NCBI GenBank assembly: GCA_963719085.1
Contig: CAVRAL010000001.1
Location: forward strand, 736,001 to 800,000
Reading direction: 5' to 3'
DNA from: a candidate division FCPU426 bacterium
GTDB taxonomy: Bacteria; Oederibacteriota; Muellerivitia; Muellerivitales; Muellerivitaceae
Length of the DNA stretch: 64,000 bases
A program made the translations under genes and the position numbers. Position 1 is the first letter of the stretch; every line of letters begins with the position of its first letter. Under the pieces are notes generated by a model, which worked only from the letters and a program-made list of their open reading frames with translations, was not told where the DNA came from and made no database searches. This document shows, piece after piece, positions 19,688 through 29,222 of the stretch.

Positions 19688-21295
19688 TTGTTTAAGCGAA
19701 GGTGTGGCCCTACGAATTTTTTCTCCCCCATTTTTTCAGTTTCCCCTCTCAAAAAAAACAGTTCGTTTTTTGTTTTGGTTTTATGGATATTTGTTTTAGG
19801 AAAACCCGCGGGCGCCCAGTCCTTGGCCCCGGCCGAAAGCCAGGACTTCGCCCAATCCGACACCGTTTTCCTTCCCGCCGGCACGGATGATTTGGGGTCG
19901 CTACCTTACCGGATCCAACTGGCGCCCTCACAGGATGGGTTCAACTCCGTGGCGGGGCTCTTGTCCGGGCAAGTGGGATGGGGGAATGATCTGGGCCAGG
20001 GCGCGGCGGGCCTGAGGGCTTTGCCGCCCGGTCTTTTATTTGAGGGGGTGGCTTATCCGCTCGCCAACCGGAATATTCTCAACTGGATGCCGGCTTTGGG
20101 TTCGATGGAACTTTTGAACTTTCCCGCGGAGGCTTGGTGGGGTCCGTCGGCCGCGGCGGGCGCGATCCAGGTTCGGGAACCGGAATTGGGTGATCACCCG
20201 GCCGGACAAATGACCCTTTGGGGCGGGACGGGACCCTTCGGCGATTTTTCGGGAAAATATTCGGATTCAAACTTGGCCGTTTTGGGTGATTACAGGCATG
20301 CGCCCGACAGCGATTTTGTAAATTTGACTCAGCAAACTTTCACCTTACAAGCCAAAGCCCAACTGATCAACGATGATGAATGGGATTTGCATGGCGGTTT
20401 TTTGGGCGCTCAAAATGACACAGGCGATCATTGGTATTCCTGGGTGGGCGATTTGCGGTGGTCGGATCAAAATTTTCAATCCCTCAGGCTGCGTCCTTAT
20501 TTTCAGTCCGCCAAGGCTCAAAATGAGCAGGCCGATGAGGCGGGAAGCCGCCTGGACTATGACGTCAATTTGGCGGGGGCGGTGGAAGGGAATGTGGCCC
20601 TGGGACTTAGCCGTCTTTATTCCAACGGCGGCGGCCCCTGGGGGAATCAAAACCAAGGCTATGTTCAAAACACGGATTTGATTGACGCCTTGGGGGATTT
20701 TACCCTCAACTTGGCTTTTCGGCTGGATTTTTCCAGCGTTCAAAATTCGAATTTCTCCTCTTTGATGGGTGTGCAATACAACCTGGGAATCGTCACTTGG
20801 CTTGGGGATTACGCCGCGGGATTGGATCCTCTGTCCGGGAATTCAGTTCAGCAGGAAGACTTGGGCGCCAAAATCAACCTCGAAACCGAGGACGAACTCG
20901 ATCTTTTATACGTCCATCAATACAACAGCCAGGTTGTTTTAAACGGCGGCACGGTGAAATTCTTGAAGGGTTTTGAGCGCTTGGATGGCCCGGTTTTGGA
21001 AGAGGCGTCTTTGGATCTCGAGGCCCAAGTATTGAGAACTATTTTCGGACAAAATTTGGGGGATGTGAGTTTAGGATTTACCGGCCGCCTGTTTCATTCG
21101 CTCCGGGTGCGGATCAGCGCGAGAGCGACGCAAGACGCGCCCTGGTACGGAACGGCCAGTTTGGCTTATCCCGTGGAACCCCGGCTGGTGTTTTTTGTCA
21201 CCGGTCAAAACTTGGGAAATAATCCGGTTTCTTGGCCCGAATCCGATTTTCAGCCGGGGTTTAACTTGATGGGGGGCATGACTTTGGGATTCTAA
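19688..21295 (+). CDS. Putative outer-membrane beta-barrel, divergent TonB-dependent-receptor-like
   Basis: Signal-peptide-like segment ending AGA-Q; plug-like AWWGPSAAAGAIQV; amphipathic strands; NLGN...PGFNLMGGMTLGF C-terminus; start uncertain. Confidence 0.6.
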   Translation: MFKRRCGPTNFFSPIFSVSPLKKNSSFFVLVLWIFVLGKPAGAQSLAPAESQDFAQSDTVFLPAGTDDLGSLPYRIQLAPSQDGFNSVAGLLSGQVGWGNDLGQGAAGLRALPPGLLFEGVAYPLANRNILNWMPALGSMELLNFPAEAWWGPSAAAGAIQVREPELGDHPAGQMTLWGGTGPFGDFSGKYSDSNLAVLGDYRHAPDSDFVNLTQQTFTLQAKAQLINDDEWDLHGGFLGAQNDTGDHWYSWVGDLRWSDQNFQSLRLRPYFQSAKAQNEQADEAGSRLDYDVNLAGAVEGNVALGLSRLYSNGGGPWGNQNQGYVQNTDLIDALGDFTLNLAFRLDFSSVQNSNFSSLMGVQYNLGIVTWLGDYAAGLDPLSGNSVQQEDLGAKINLETEDELDLLYVHQYNSQVVLNGGTVKFLKGFERLDGPVLEEASLDLEAQVLRTIFGQNLGDVSLGFTGRLFHSLRVRISARATQDAPWYGTASLAYPVEPRLVFFVTGQNLGNNPVSWPESDFQPGFNLMGGMTLGF

Positions 21296-21304
21296 AGGCC
21301 GTCC

Positions 21305-21333
21305 TTGACCCGCCCAAACCCGCGTGTTAGTTT
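21305..21333 (+). promoter_or_regulatory. Putative promoter (possibly leaderless transcript)
   Basis: TTGACC-17nt-TAGTTT with TG extension, 6 nt before ATG 21340. Confidence 0.45.
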
Positions 21334-21339
21334 TTACTT

Positions 21340-22278
21340 ATGAAAAAAAATGTCTCAGCCGCGCTTGTTCTTTTGGTTTTGGCCCTTTTCGGGGCGCGGG
21401 CTGTTTTCGCCCAAGACCCGGGAACCAGCGGAGCGGACATTCTTAAAAGCCCGATCGGCGTTCGGGCCGCGGCCATGGCGGGAACTTACGCCGCATTCGG
21501 GGACGATGTTTATGTGATCGGCTATAACCCGGCGGGTCTGGCCCGGATTTCAAAATATAGTTTGGGACTGGATCACATTGATGGAATCGCGGGGGTTGAA
21601 ACCGAGGCCCTGAGTGTGGCGATTCCGACCCGAAATTACGGTAATTTCGGGGGCCAAATCATCTACCGCCATTTGCCGGTCATTCAAAATACACTGGCCA
21701 CCGACCCGCCCGTTGAATCTTCCGATATCGTTTTGACCGTGGCCGACGCGCAGCAGTTTGGGGGGATCGCGGTGGGCGGGTCTTTGAAAACACTTTTTTC
21801 CAACCTCGGCGGCAAACAAGCTTTGGTGGAGGCGATTGATTTAGGGATAAAGTTCCAGTTGTTGCAGACTGACATGGCTTTTGTCCTCCAAAATATGGGG
21901 GCGGGAGTCCAGTACCAGCCCAATACCTCCGGTGCTTCCGATCCCTTGCCTTTTACCGTTCGTTTCGGATTGGCCCGGCCCTTGATTGTCTCGCCCATTT
22001 CCACCCTGTTGGCCGGCGCCGAGGGGCTTTATGTGAATGATGAGGGGCCCCAGGCGTCCTTTGCTTTGGAATATTGGTATCGCAGCATATTGGCTTTTCG
22101 GGCCGGGTACCGTTTTAGCGATCCCGGAAACTTATCGGGCGGCCTTTCGGCCGGCGCGGGATTTCGCTTTACCATTGGGGATCTGGAGGGGGAGGTAGGC
22201 TACGCTTGGCATCCCGCTTCGGTCGATTCAAATTTCATGGTGAATTCCAATAATTTCGGCTTGCTTTTGTGGTATTAA
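21340..22278 (+). CDS. Stand-alone PorV/PorQ-family (FadL-like) OM beta-barrel
   Basis: Signal peptide VFA-Q; PIGVRAAAMAG...YNPAGL; QNMG; LPFTVRFG; AFRAGY; C-terminal aromatic WY. Confidence 0.8.
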   Translation: MKKNVSAALVLLVLALFGARAVFAQDPGTSGADILKSPIGVRAAAMAGTYAAFGDDVYVIGYNPAGLARISKYSLGLDHIDGIAGVETEALSVAIPTRNYGNFGGQIIYRHLPVIQNTLATDPPVESSDIVLTVADAQQFGGIAVGGSLKTLFSNLGGKQALVEAIDLGIKFQLLQTDMAFVLQNMGAGVQYQPNTSGASDPLPFTVRFGLARPLIVSPISTLLAGAEGLYVNDEGPQASFALEYWYRSILAFRAGYRFSDPGNLSGGLSAGAGFRFTIGDLEGEVGYAWHPASVDSNFMVNSNNFGLLLWY

Positions 22279-22291
22279 GCCTAGGTTGCGC

Positions 22292-22320
22292 TTGACAAGG
22301 CGCCCCCAGGCCCATAAACT
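22292..22320 (+). promoter_or_regulatory. Sigma70 promoter for rplU-rpmA
   Basis: TTGACA-17nt-TAAACT. Confidence 0.7.
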
Positions 22321-22383
22321 CATACGTTCTTCGGCCTATTTCTCATTGAGATTAGGCGTTTTATTATTTTAGGGAGGCAGTTC

Positions 22384-22695
22384 ATGTACGCCGTGATTCA
22401 AACGGGTGGTAAACAATACCGCGTTTCTGAAGGGGATGTGATTACGGTTGATCGAGTTCAAGGCGATCCGGGCGATCCGATCGTTTTTAATAAGGTCATC
22501 CTTTTGGAAAACGCCGGCAAGCTTCAAGTCGTTTCGACGGAAATGAAAAACGCGAAAGTGACGGGAAAAATTCTCGCCAACATGCAGGGCAAGAAAATCC
22601 GCGTTTTCCGTTATCGCCGCCGTAAAAACACGATGAAAACCAAAGGTTCTCGTCCCAAATACACCTCGATCTCCATCGAGAAAATAACCGTTTAA
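22384..22695 (+). CDS. rplU: 50S ribosomal protein L21
   Basis: MYAVIQTGGKQYRVSEGD; GGAGG SD. Confidence 0.97.
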   Translation: MYAVIQTGGKQYRVSEGDVITVDRVQGDPGDPIVFNKVILLENAGKLQVVSTEMKNAKVTGKILANMQGKKIRVFRYRRRKNTMKTKGSRPKYTSISIEKITV

Positions 22696-22713
22696 TCATC
22701 CAGGAGGATAACC

Positions 22714-22974
22714 ATGGGTCAGCATAAAGCGGGTGGTTCCACCCGGAATGGTCGCGATAGCAATAGTCAGCGGTTGGGATTGAAAGCTTACGGCGGAAAC
22801 TACGTGACGGCCGGAAGCATTCTGGTCCGTCAAAGAGGGCTTCGTTATAAGCCGGGTACCAACGTGGGCGTCGGAAAAGACGACACCTTGTTCGCCACGG
22901 TTTCGGGCTTGGTTACTTTTCGCGAGTTTAAAAAAGGCGGGAAGATGATCAGTGTTGAACCGGCGCAAGCTTAA
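22714..22974 (+). CDS. rpmA: 50S ribosomal protein L27
   Basis: [33 protein letters not shown]. Confidence 0.97.
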   Translation: MGQHKAGGSTRNGRDSNSQRLGLKAYGGNYVTAGSILVRQRGLRYKPGTNVGVGKDDTLFATVSGLVTFREFKKGGKMISVEPAQA

Positions 22975-22994
22975 CTCAAAAATTTTCTAATCTT

Positions 22995-23023
22995 AAAAAC
23001 CCCGCCTATGGCGGGGTTTTTTT
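22995..23023 (+). terminator. Intrinsic terminator after rpmA
   Basis: AAAAACCCCGCC-TAT-GGCGGGG followed by a T7 tract. Confidence 0.85.
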
Positions 23024-23065
23024 ATTTACGGGCAAATTTCTAAACAAATCGGATGGTTGAAGTTC

Positions 23066-24364
23066 ATGATTATCGACGAAGTGGTGCTAACTTTGGAGGC
23101 GGGAGCGGGCGGCGATGGATGCCTGAGCTTCCGGCGGGAAAAATTTATCCCCCGAGGCGGTCCCGACGGCGGCAACGGGGGCCGGGGCGGCAGTATTTAT
23201 TTTGAGGCCCGGCTGGACGCCCACACCTTGATCGATTTTACTTTCCGCCCGATTTTCGAGGCCCATCACGGACAGCATGGCAAGGGCAAGAATATGCATG
23301 GCCGCCACTCCGAAGACGTGGTGATTCCGGTTCCGGTGGGAACCATGGTTTTCAACGCGGACCGGGAATTGATCGTCGACATGGACCAAGCGGGAAAGCG
23401 GTTTCTCATCGCCAAGGGAGGCCGGGGCGGCCGGGGCAACACGACCTTTACCAATTCCACTCATCAAGCGCCAAAGATCGCCGAAAAAGGGGAACCGGGC
23501 GAGAAAAAAATAGTCCGCCTGGAGCTCAAACTCCTGGCGGATGTGGGTCTTTTGGGGTTTCCCAACGCGGGAAAATCCACCCTTTTGTCCCGGGTCACCA
23601 AGGCCACGCCCAAAATCGCCGATTATCCCTTTACCACTTTGGAACCGCATTTGGGGGTGGTCCAGTTGTCCGAGGGGCGAAGCTTCATTTTGGCCGATCT
23701 TCCCGGACTCATTGAGAATGCCAGTGAGGGAAAGGGATTGGGCATCAAGTTTTTGAAGCACTTGGAACGAACGAAGCTGCTTTTGCATTTGGTGGAGCTT
23801 AACGAAGCTGAGCCCTTGGCGAGCCTTGAGAAAAAAATCAAGACGATCCAAAAAGAATTGAAAAAGTACAGCGCCGGGTTGGCCAAACGGCCTTGGATTT
23901 TAGTTTTGACTAAGGCGGACGCTTTTTTTGACCGGGATAAGATCGCCAAATGGAAGATCCGCCTTGAAAAGAAATACGGACAGGTTTTTCTCATTTCCTC
24001 GGTGGCGGGACAGGGTTTGAAAGAGCTTTTGGAGGAAGTTTGGAAAAAGCTTTCCGTGATATGGGAAGAGGAAAAAAAGTTCGTGGCCGAGCCCGTGGAA
24101 GCGGTTTACGAGTCGAAGGAAAGATTCCATATTGAGAAAGAGGACGGAACCTATTTTGTGACCGGGCCCGAAATTGACAAGTGGGTGGCCATGACCAATT
24201 TTCACACCTGGGACGCGCTGGAGCGCTTTCAGAAAATTGTGGCGAGAATGGGCGTGGTGCGCGAATTGAAGAAAATGGGCGTGAAAGAGGGAGACCGTAT
24301 TTATTTCGCCGATCAAGAATTGACCTATGCCTCGAACAATCTGGGGGTCGACCGTGAATCGTGA
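23066..24364 (+). CDS. obgE: GTPase ObgE/CgtA with C-terminal OCT-like domain
   Basis: FRREKFIPRGGPDGGNGG, GFPNAGKSTL, DYPFTT, DLPG; C-terminal LKKMGVKEGD. Confidence 0.97.
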   Translation: MIIDEVVLTLEAGAGGDGCLSFRREKFIPRGGPDGGNGGRGGSIYFEARLDAHTLIDFTFRPIFEAHHGQHGKGKNMHGRHSEDVVIPVPVGTMVFNADRELIVDMDQAGKRFLIAKGGRGGRGNTTFTNSTHQAPKIAEKGEPGEKKIVRLELKLLADVGLLGFPNAGKSTLLSRVTKATPKIADYPFTTLEPHLGVVQLSEGRSFILADLPGLIENASEGKGLGIKFLKHLERTKLLLHLVELNEAEPLASLEKKIKTIQKELKKYSAGLAKRPWILVLTKADAFFDRDKIAKWKIRLEKKYGQVFLISSVAGQGLKELLEEVWKKLSVIWEEEKKFVAEPVEAVYESKERFHIEKEDGTYFVTGPEIDKWVAMTNFHTWDALERFQKIVARMGVVRELKKMGVKEGDRIYFADQELTYASNNLGVDRES

Positions 24365-25493
24365 CCGTTCGAAAAGCCTCGCGAAAGTCAAAAAAATCGT
24401 CATCAAGATCGGCAGCAGCTTGTTGACGGGCGATCAGTCCACCGGGATCCGAACCCGTTTTTTGGCCGCCATCGCTTCCCAAATCCAAAGGCTGCAGGCC
24501 CGCGGGTTGCAATGCACCGTGGTGTCCTCGGGCGCCATTTCGGCCGGCTTGTTCGAGCTCAAACTCAAAAAAAGGCCCAAGGCGATCCCCCAATTACAGG
24601 CCCTGGCGGCCGTCGGGCAAAGCAGCTTAATGCACGCTTATGAGAAGACCTTTCGGAAACGGAAGTTGAAAGTCGCCCAGGTTTTATTGACGAGGGAGGA
24701 TTTATCGGACCGGAGCCGGTACTCCAACGCGCGCAACACCTTTACCGAGCTGTTCAAGAACCGAATCGTCCCCATTGTGAATGAAAATGACACGGTGGCG
24801 GTCGAGGAAATTAAATTCGGCGACAACGACACCTTGGCAGTTTTGGTCTCCCATCTGACGGAGTCCGATCTTTTGGTTTTATTGACGGATACGGATGGGT
24901 TCTATGAGATGGATCCTAAATTAAACCCGAAAGCCAAGATCGTTTCGGACGTCAAAAGCTGGGATGTGGCCTATGAGAAGAGCGCCTCTTCCTCGCGCTC
25001 CCTGGTGGGAACGGGAGGCATGATCACCAAAATCCGCGCGGCGAAAAATATGATGGATTCGGGCGTTCCCATGGCCATTGTCAATGGAAACTCCAAAGAC
25101 ATATTGCTGAAACTGACCCAAGGGCAGGACGTCGGCACTTTTTTTCATTCGGCCGGTTCCAAAATGAAAAGCCGGGAGCGCTGGCTGGCCTGGAGCGTTA
25201 ACCCGAAGGGCGAGATTATGGTGGATGACGGCGCCCGAAAAGCGATAGCGGAAAACCATAAAAGTCTGCTTCCCAGCGGTGTCCAGAAGGTGTCGGGACA
25301 GTGGGGGTCGGGGGATGTGGTGAAAATTATGGACTCGCAAAAACGCGAGCTGGCGCGTGGAATCGCCAATTATTCCTCGGTGGAGCTGGATCAAGTGAAA
25401 GGATTGAGGACTCAGGACGCCCGCCAAGTCTTGGGCTATGCCGTAAGGGATGAAGTGGTGCATTGCGATAACATGGTCCGCACGGAAAATTAA
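24354..25493 (+). CDS. proB: Glutamate 5-kinase with PUA domain
   Basis: VIKIGSS, VSSGA, NENDTV, FGDND, GTGGMITK, SLLPSG. Confidence 0.96.
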   Translation: MNRDRSKSLAKVKKIVIKIGSSLLTGDQSTGIRTRFLAAIASQIQRLQARGLQCTVVSSGAISAGLFELKLKKRPKAIPQLQALAAVGQSSLMHAYEKTFRKRKLKVAQVLLTREDLSDRSRYSNARNTFTELFKNRIVPIVNENDTVAVEEIKFGDNDTLAVLVSHLTESDLLVLLTDTDGFYEMDPKLNPKAKIVSDVKSWDVAYEKSASSSRSLVGTGGMITKIRAAKNMMDSGVPMAIVNGNSKDILLKLTQGQDVGTFFHSAGSKMKSRERWLAWSVNPKGEIMVDDGARKAIAENHKSLLPSGVQKVSGQWGSGDVVKIMDSQKRELARGIANYSSVELDQVKGLRTQDARQVLGYAVRDEVVHCDNMVRTEN

Positions 25494-25497
25494 ACCT

Positions 25498-26742
25498 ATG
25501 CGAGACATTCTTCAACAACTGGAAAAGGCGAGAAAGGCTTGGAACGCTTTATCCATCGCCTCGACGGTGGAAAAAAACCGGGCTTTGAGCGAAATGGCGG
25601 CGGCGATCGACCGGGACCAAGCCAAGATTCTTGAGGCGAACCGGGTTGACCTTCAAGCCGCTCAAAAGTCGGGGATTACCGGAGCCATGCTGAGCCGGTT
25701 GGAACTCAACGATAAAAAACTGAAGTCCATGATCCAGGGAATTCGGGACATTGAAGCCTTAGAGGATCCGATCGGAAGATCCTTGTCCACGGTAACGCGG
25801 CCCAATGGGTTGCAAATCACCCAAATGAGCGTCCCCATCGGGGTGACCGCGGTCATTTATGAGTCGCGCCCTAACGTGACCTCGGATGTGGCGGCGCTGG
25901 CTTTAAAGTCTGGGAACGCGATCGTTTTACGCGGCGGAAAGGAGTCGATTCACAGCAACCGCGCGATTGTTGAAAGCCTGACCCAAGCCTTGGAAAAAAC
26001 CTCCATCCCAAAGGACTGCGTTCAATTCATTGACACGACTGATCGGGAGGCCGTGACGGCCCTTTTGAACGCCACCGGATTGTTGGACTTGATTATTCCC
26101 CGGGGCGGGGAATCGCTCATTAAAACCATTGTGGAACACTCCCGGGTTCCCGTCATTTATCAATCCACCGGGGTTTGCCATACCTTCGTGGACGCGGACG
26201 CCGACTTGAAAATGGCGTTGGAAGTGGCCGTGAACGCCAAAACCTCCAATCCCTCGGTTTGCAACGCCATGGAATGTCTTTTGGTGCATCGGTCGGTGGC
26301 CGAGGATTTTTTGCCGGATCTTTTCAAAAAAATGACTGAATTGAAGGTTGAGATCCGATCGGACGAAAAAGGGCGAAAGTTCATGCCCGAAGCCAAGCCG
26401 GCCGCGCCGGAAGATTTTGGCCGTGAATTTTTGGATTTGATTTTGGCGGTGAAAGTGGTTGAGAATTTGGAGGAGGCGATGGAGCATATCGGCCGCTATG
26501 GGTCCCGCCATTCGGAGGCGATCCTGACGAATAGCTACCCCAACGCCCAAGCCTTTTTGAAGCGAATCGACGCGGCTTGTGTTTACGTCAACGCTTCCAC
26601 GCGTTTTACGGATGGGGGCGAGTTTGGCTTTGGGGCGGAAGTCGGGATCAGCACCCAAAAGCTTCATGCCCGGGGACCGATGGGGCTTCATGAATTGACC
26701 ACCACCAAATATTTAATTTTGGGGTCGGGGCAGATTCGGTAA
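25498..26742 (+). CDS. proA: Gamma-glutamyl phosphate reductase
   Basis: IYESRPNVT, IPRGG, VCNAME, NASTRFTDG, ISTQKLHARGPMGL. Confidence 0.97.
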   Translation: MRDILQQLEKARKAWNALSIASTVEKNRALSEMAAAIDRDQAKILEANRVDLQAAQKSGITGAMLSRLELNDKKLKSMIQGIRDIEALEDPIGRSLSTVTRPNGLQITQMSVPIGVTAVIYESRPNVTSDVAALALKSGNAIVLRGGKESIHSNRAIVESLTQALEKTSIPKDCVQFIDTTDREAVTALLNATGLLDLIIPRGGESLIKTIVEHSRVPVIYQSTGVCHTFVDADADLKMALEVAVNAKTSNPSVCNAMECLLVHRSVAEDFLPDLFKKMTELKVEIRSDEKGRKFMPEAKPAAPEDFGREFLDLILAVKVVENLEEAMEHIGRYGSRHSEAILTNSYPNAQAFLKRIDAACVYVNASTRFTDGGEFGFGAEVGISTQKLHARGPMGLHELTTTKYLILGSGQIR

Positions 26743-26769
26743 CTGTAATCTTTTTTTACACTTTATGGC

Positions 26770-26798
26770 TTGTCAAAACGCGGTTTGGCAAGTTTAAT
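26770..26798 (+). promoter_or_regulatory. Possible promoter for the J-protein/Hsp70 pair
   Basis: TTGTCA-17nt-TTTAAT. Confidence 0.35.
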
Positions 26799-26848
26799 TG
26801 TATTCACGACAATTTAACCGACTCTGAAAAGTCAAAACGGGTCTAAAA

Positions 26849-27415
26849 ATGCCAATCAAAAACTACTACGAGATCTTTAAGCTCTACCCCCCTGTTGAGC
26901 CATCCCAACTGCAAGACGCCTATAAACAACTGATTTTTGAGTATCATCCGGACCGCAACGCCGATCGTCAGGATTGGGCCATTGAAAAGACCATGGAAAT
27001 TGTGGAGGCCTACAACATCCTCAGCGATCCCCAAAAGCGGGAAAACTACAATTTTCAAATTAAAAACGACATCCGTAAAGAGCCGGGTGAAATGTTCGGA
27101 GTTAAGCGCGGCCTTTTGAAAATGAAGAAATCCAAAGAGGAATTGGAAGCCGAAGAGCATTTTTTCAAGGGTGTCGAGTTTTTTGACAATAAAGACGATT
27201 GGGCCCAAGCCCAGCATGAGTGGGTTCAGGCGGTCAAAATCATCCCCGGATTCGTGAACGCTCATTTTAACCTGGGCATCCTGGTGGGTTCCCAAGGGAA
27301 CTTTAAGGACGCGGTGGCTTGTTTTGAGCGCGTGGTCAAACAAAACCCGGCGGATTATGACGCGAAAAAAGTTTTGAGTTCGGCGATGAGTTATGTTTAC
27401 GGCAAGAAAATTTAA
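26849..27415 (+). CDS. J-domain (DnaJ) protein with C-terminal TPR
   Basis: NYYEIF...YHPDRN...EAYNILSDPQKRENY; TPR AHFNLGIL...FERVVKQNP. Confidence 0.9.
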   Translation: MPIKNYYEIFKLYPPVEPSQLQDAYKQLIFEYHPDRNADRQDWAIEKTMEIVEAYNILSDPQKRENYNFQIKNDIRKEPGEMFGVKRGLLKMKKSKEELEAEEHFFKGVEFFDNKDDWAQAQHEWVQAVKIIPGFVNAHFNLGILVGSQGNFKDAVACFERVVKQNPADYDAKKVLSSAMSYVYGKKI

Positions 27416-27428
27416 GGGACTCTGAAAT

Positions 27429-29213
27429 ATGCCGGATAATCAAATCGCGGTTGGAATCGATCTGGGAACGACCAATTCCTGTGTGGCCTACCTGAATGAC
27501 GATATTCCCCAAGTTATTCCGAACGCCGATGGATACCGGACGACCCCCTCGGTAGTCGCTTTCACCTCCCAAAAGATATGGTTGGTGGGGCAGGACGCCA
27601 AACATCAAGCCGTCATCAATACCAAAGGAACCGTTTCCTCGATTAAGCGGTTTATCGGCCGGAAGATTACGGATGAGGATGTTCAACGGGATAAGTCGCT
27701 GGTTTCCTACGACCTGGAAGCCTCTGAAAATGGCGACATTCGGGTCCGGTTGGATGATCAGTTAAAATCCCCGGAGGAAATTTCAGCCATCATCCTTCAA
27801 AAAATCCGGCAGGATATTGAGGCGCGTTTGGGCGAGAAGGTCACCCAGGCGGTCATTACGGTTCCGGCTTATTTTAACGACTCGGAACGGCAAGCCACCA
27901 AAGACGCCGGCAGGATCGCCGGTTTTGATGTTTTGAGAATCGTGAATGAGCCGACGGCCGCGGCCCTGGCTTATGATTTTGACAGCAAAAAAAACCAGAA
28001 AATCGCGGTTTATGATTTGGGCGGCGGTACGTTGGATGTGACCGTCCTGGAGCTGCTCAACGGCCTTTATCGCGTTTTATCCACTTGCGGGGATACCCAT
28101 TTGGGCGGGGATGACTTTGACCAGACCCTGATGGAGTGGATCTTAGCCAAGTTCCAGGCTGAAACGGGGCTGGATTTACGCCAAGATCCGGTGGCGATCC
28201 AGCGCCTTCGGGAAGCGGCTGAAAAAGCCAAGTGCGACCTCTCCTCGGTCACGGCCACGGATATTAATCTTCCCTTTATCATGAAAAAAGACGACATCCC
28301 CCTGAATTTATCCTACACGGTCAGCCGCGAGGATTTTGAAAAGATGGTGGCTCAATTAGTGGAGAGGTCCTTGGACCCCTGTAAAAAAGCCCTTCGCGAC
28401 GCGAATTTGAACGTGAATGACTTAACCGAGATTATTTTGGTGGGCGGAATGTCCCGGATGCCGATGGTTCGCGAGGCGGTCAAAAAATTCTTCGCCAAAG
28501 AACCCAATACCAAAGTCAATCCGGATGAAGCGGTGGCGATGGGCGCGGCGATCCAAGCCGGGATCATCAACGGCAAGGTCAAAAACGCGCTTTTGTTGGA
28601 CGTGACCCCTCTTTCACTGGGGGTGGAGACCTTGGGCGGAAGCTTCAGCCCGATCATTCCCCGCAACACGACGGTTCCCACCAAGATGAGCAAGCTTTAT
28701 TCCACCGTGAAAGACATGCAATCTTCCGTGAATGTGAAGGTGCTGCAAGGCGAATCGAAAATTGCGGCCCAAAACAAAACGCTGGGATTCTTTTCGTTCG
28801 TGGGACTGCCCTTGGCGCCCGCCGGGACAGTTCAAATTGAGGTTACCTTCGCCATCGATTCCAATGGAATTGTGAGTGTGACGGCCAAAAACGTGGCGAC
28901 CGGTCAAACGCAGCAAATGAAGGTTTCCGCGACCAGCGGGTTGAACAAAGAAGAGCTGGATAAATTGGTCCAAGGCGCCAAGGGCCGGGTGATTTCAAGC
29001 GCCCCGCAAGAAGAAAAGCCTAAGCCGGTTCAGGAGGCGGCCTCCAAGGCGGCGGCCGGAGCGGGTAGCTTCTCATTTTTTCCCTCCTTTTCCTCGTCTT
29101 CGTCGGCCGAGAAAAAAGCCGTCGAGGAAAAGAAATCCGCTGATGGGGAATTTTTAACCGGCGACATGATCGACGATATGCTGAAAGGCGATGATGAAAA
29201 CACAGAGGCCTAA
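27429..29213 (+). CDS. Hsp70/DnaK-like chaperone with truncated, divergent C-terminal lid
   Basis: GIDLGTTNS, TVPAYFND, NEPTAAA, DLGGGT, LLLDVTPLSLG; low-complexity tail after SGLNKEELDKLV. Confidence 0.92.
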   Translation: MPDNQIAVGIDLGTTNSCVAYLNDDIPQVIPNADGYRTTPSVVAFTSQKIWLVGQDAKHQAVINTKGTVSSIKRFIGRKITDEDVQRDKSLVSYDLEASENGDIRVRLDDQLKSPEEISAIILQKIRQDIEARLGEKVTQAVITVPAYFNDSERQATKDAGRIAGFDVLRIVNEPTAAALAYDFDSKKNQKIAVYDLGGGTLDVTVLELLNGLYRVLSTCGDTHLGGDDFDQTLMEWILAKFQAETGLDLRQDPVAIQRLREAAEKAKCDLSSVTATDINLPFIMKKDDIPLNLSYTVSREDFEKMVAQLVERSLDPCKKALRDANLNVNDLTEIILVGGMSRMPMVREAVKKFFAKEPNTKVNPDEAVAMGAAIQAGIINGKVKNALLLDVTPLSLGVETLGGSFSPIIPRNTTVPTKMSKLYSTVKDMQSSVNVKVLQGESKIAAQNKTLGFFSFVGLPLAPAGTVQIEVTFAIDSNGIVSVTAKNVATGQTQQMKVSATSGLNKEELDKLVQGAKGRVISSAPQEEKPKPVQEAASKAAAGAGSFSFFPSFSSSSSAEKKAVEEKKSADGEFLTGDMIDDMLKGDDENTEA

Positions 29214-29222
29214 ACCCACCTT

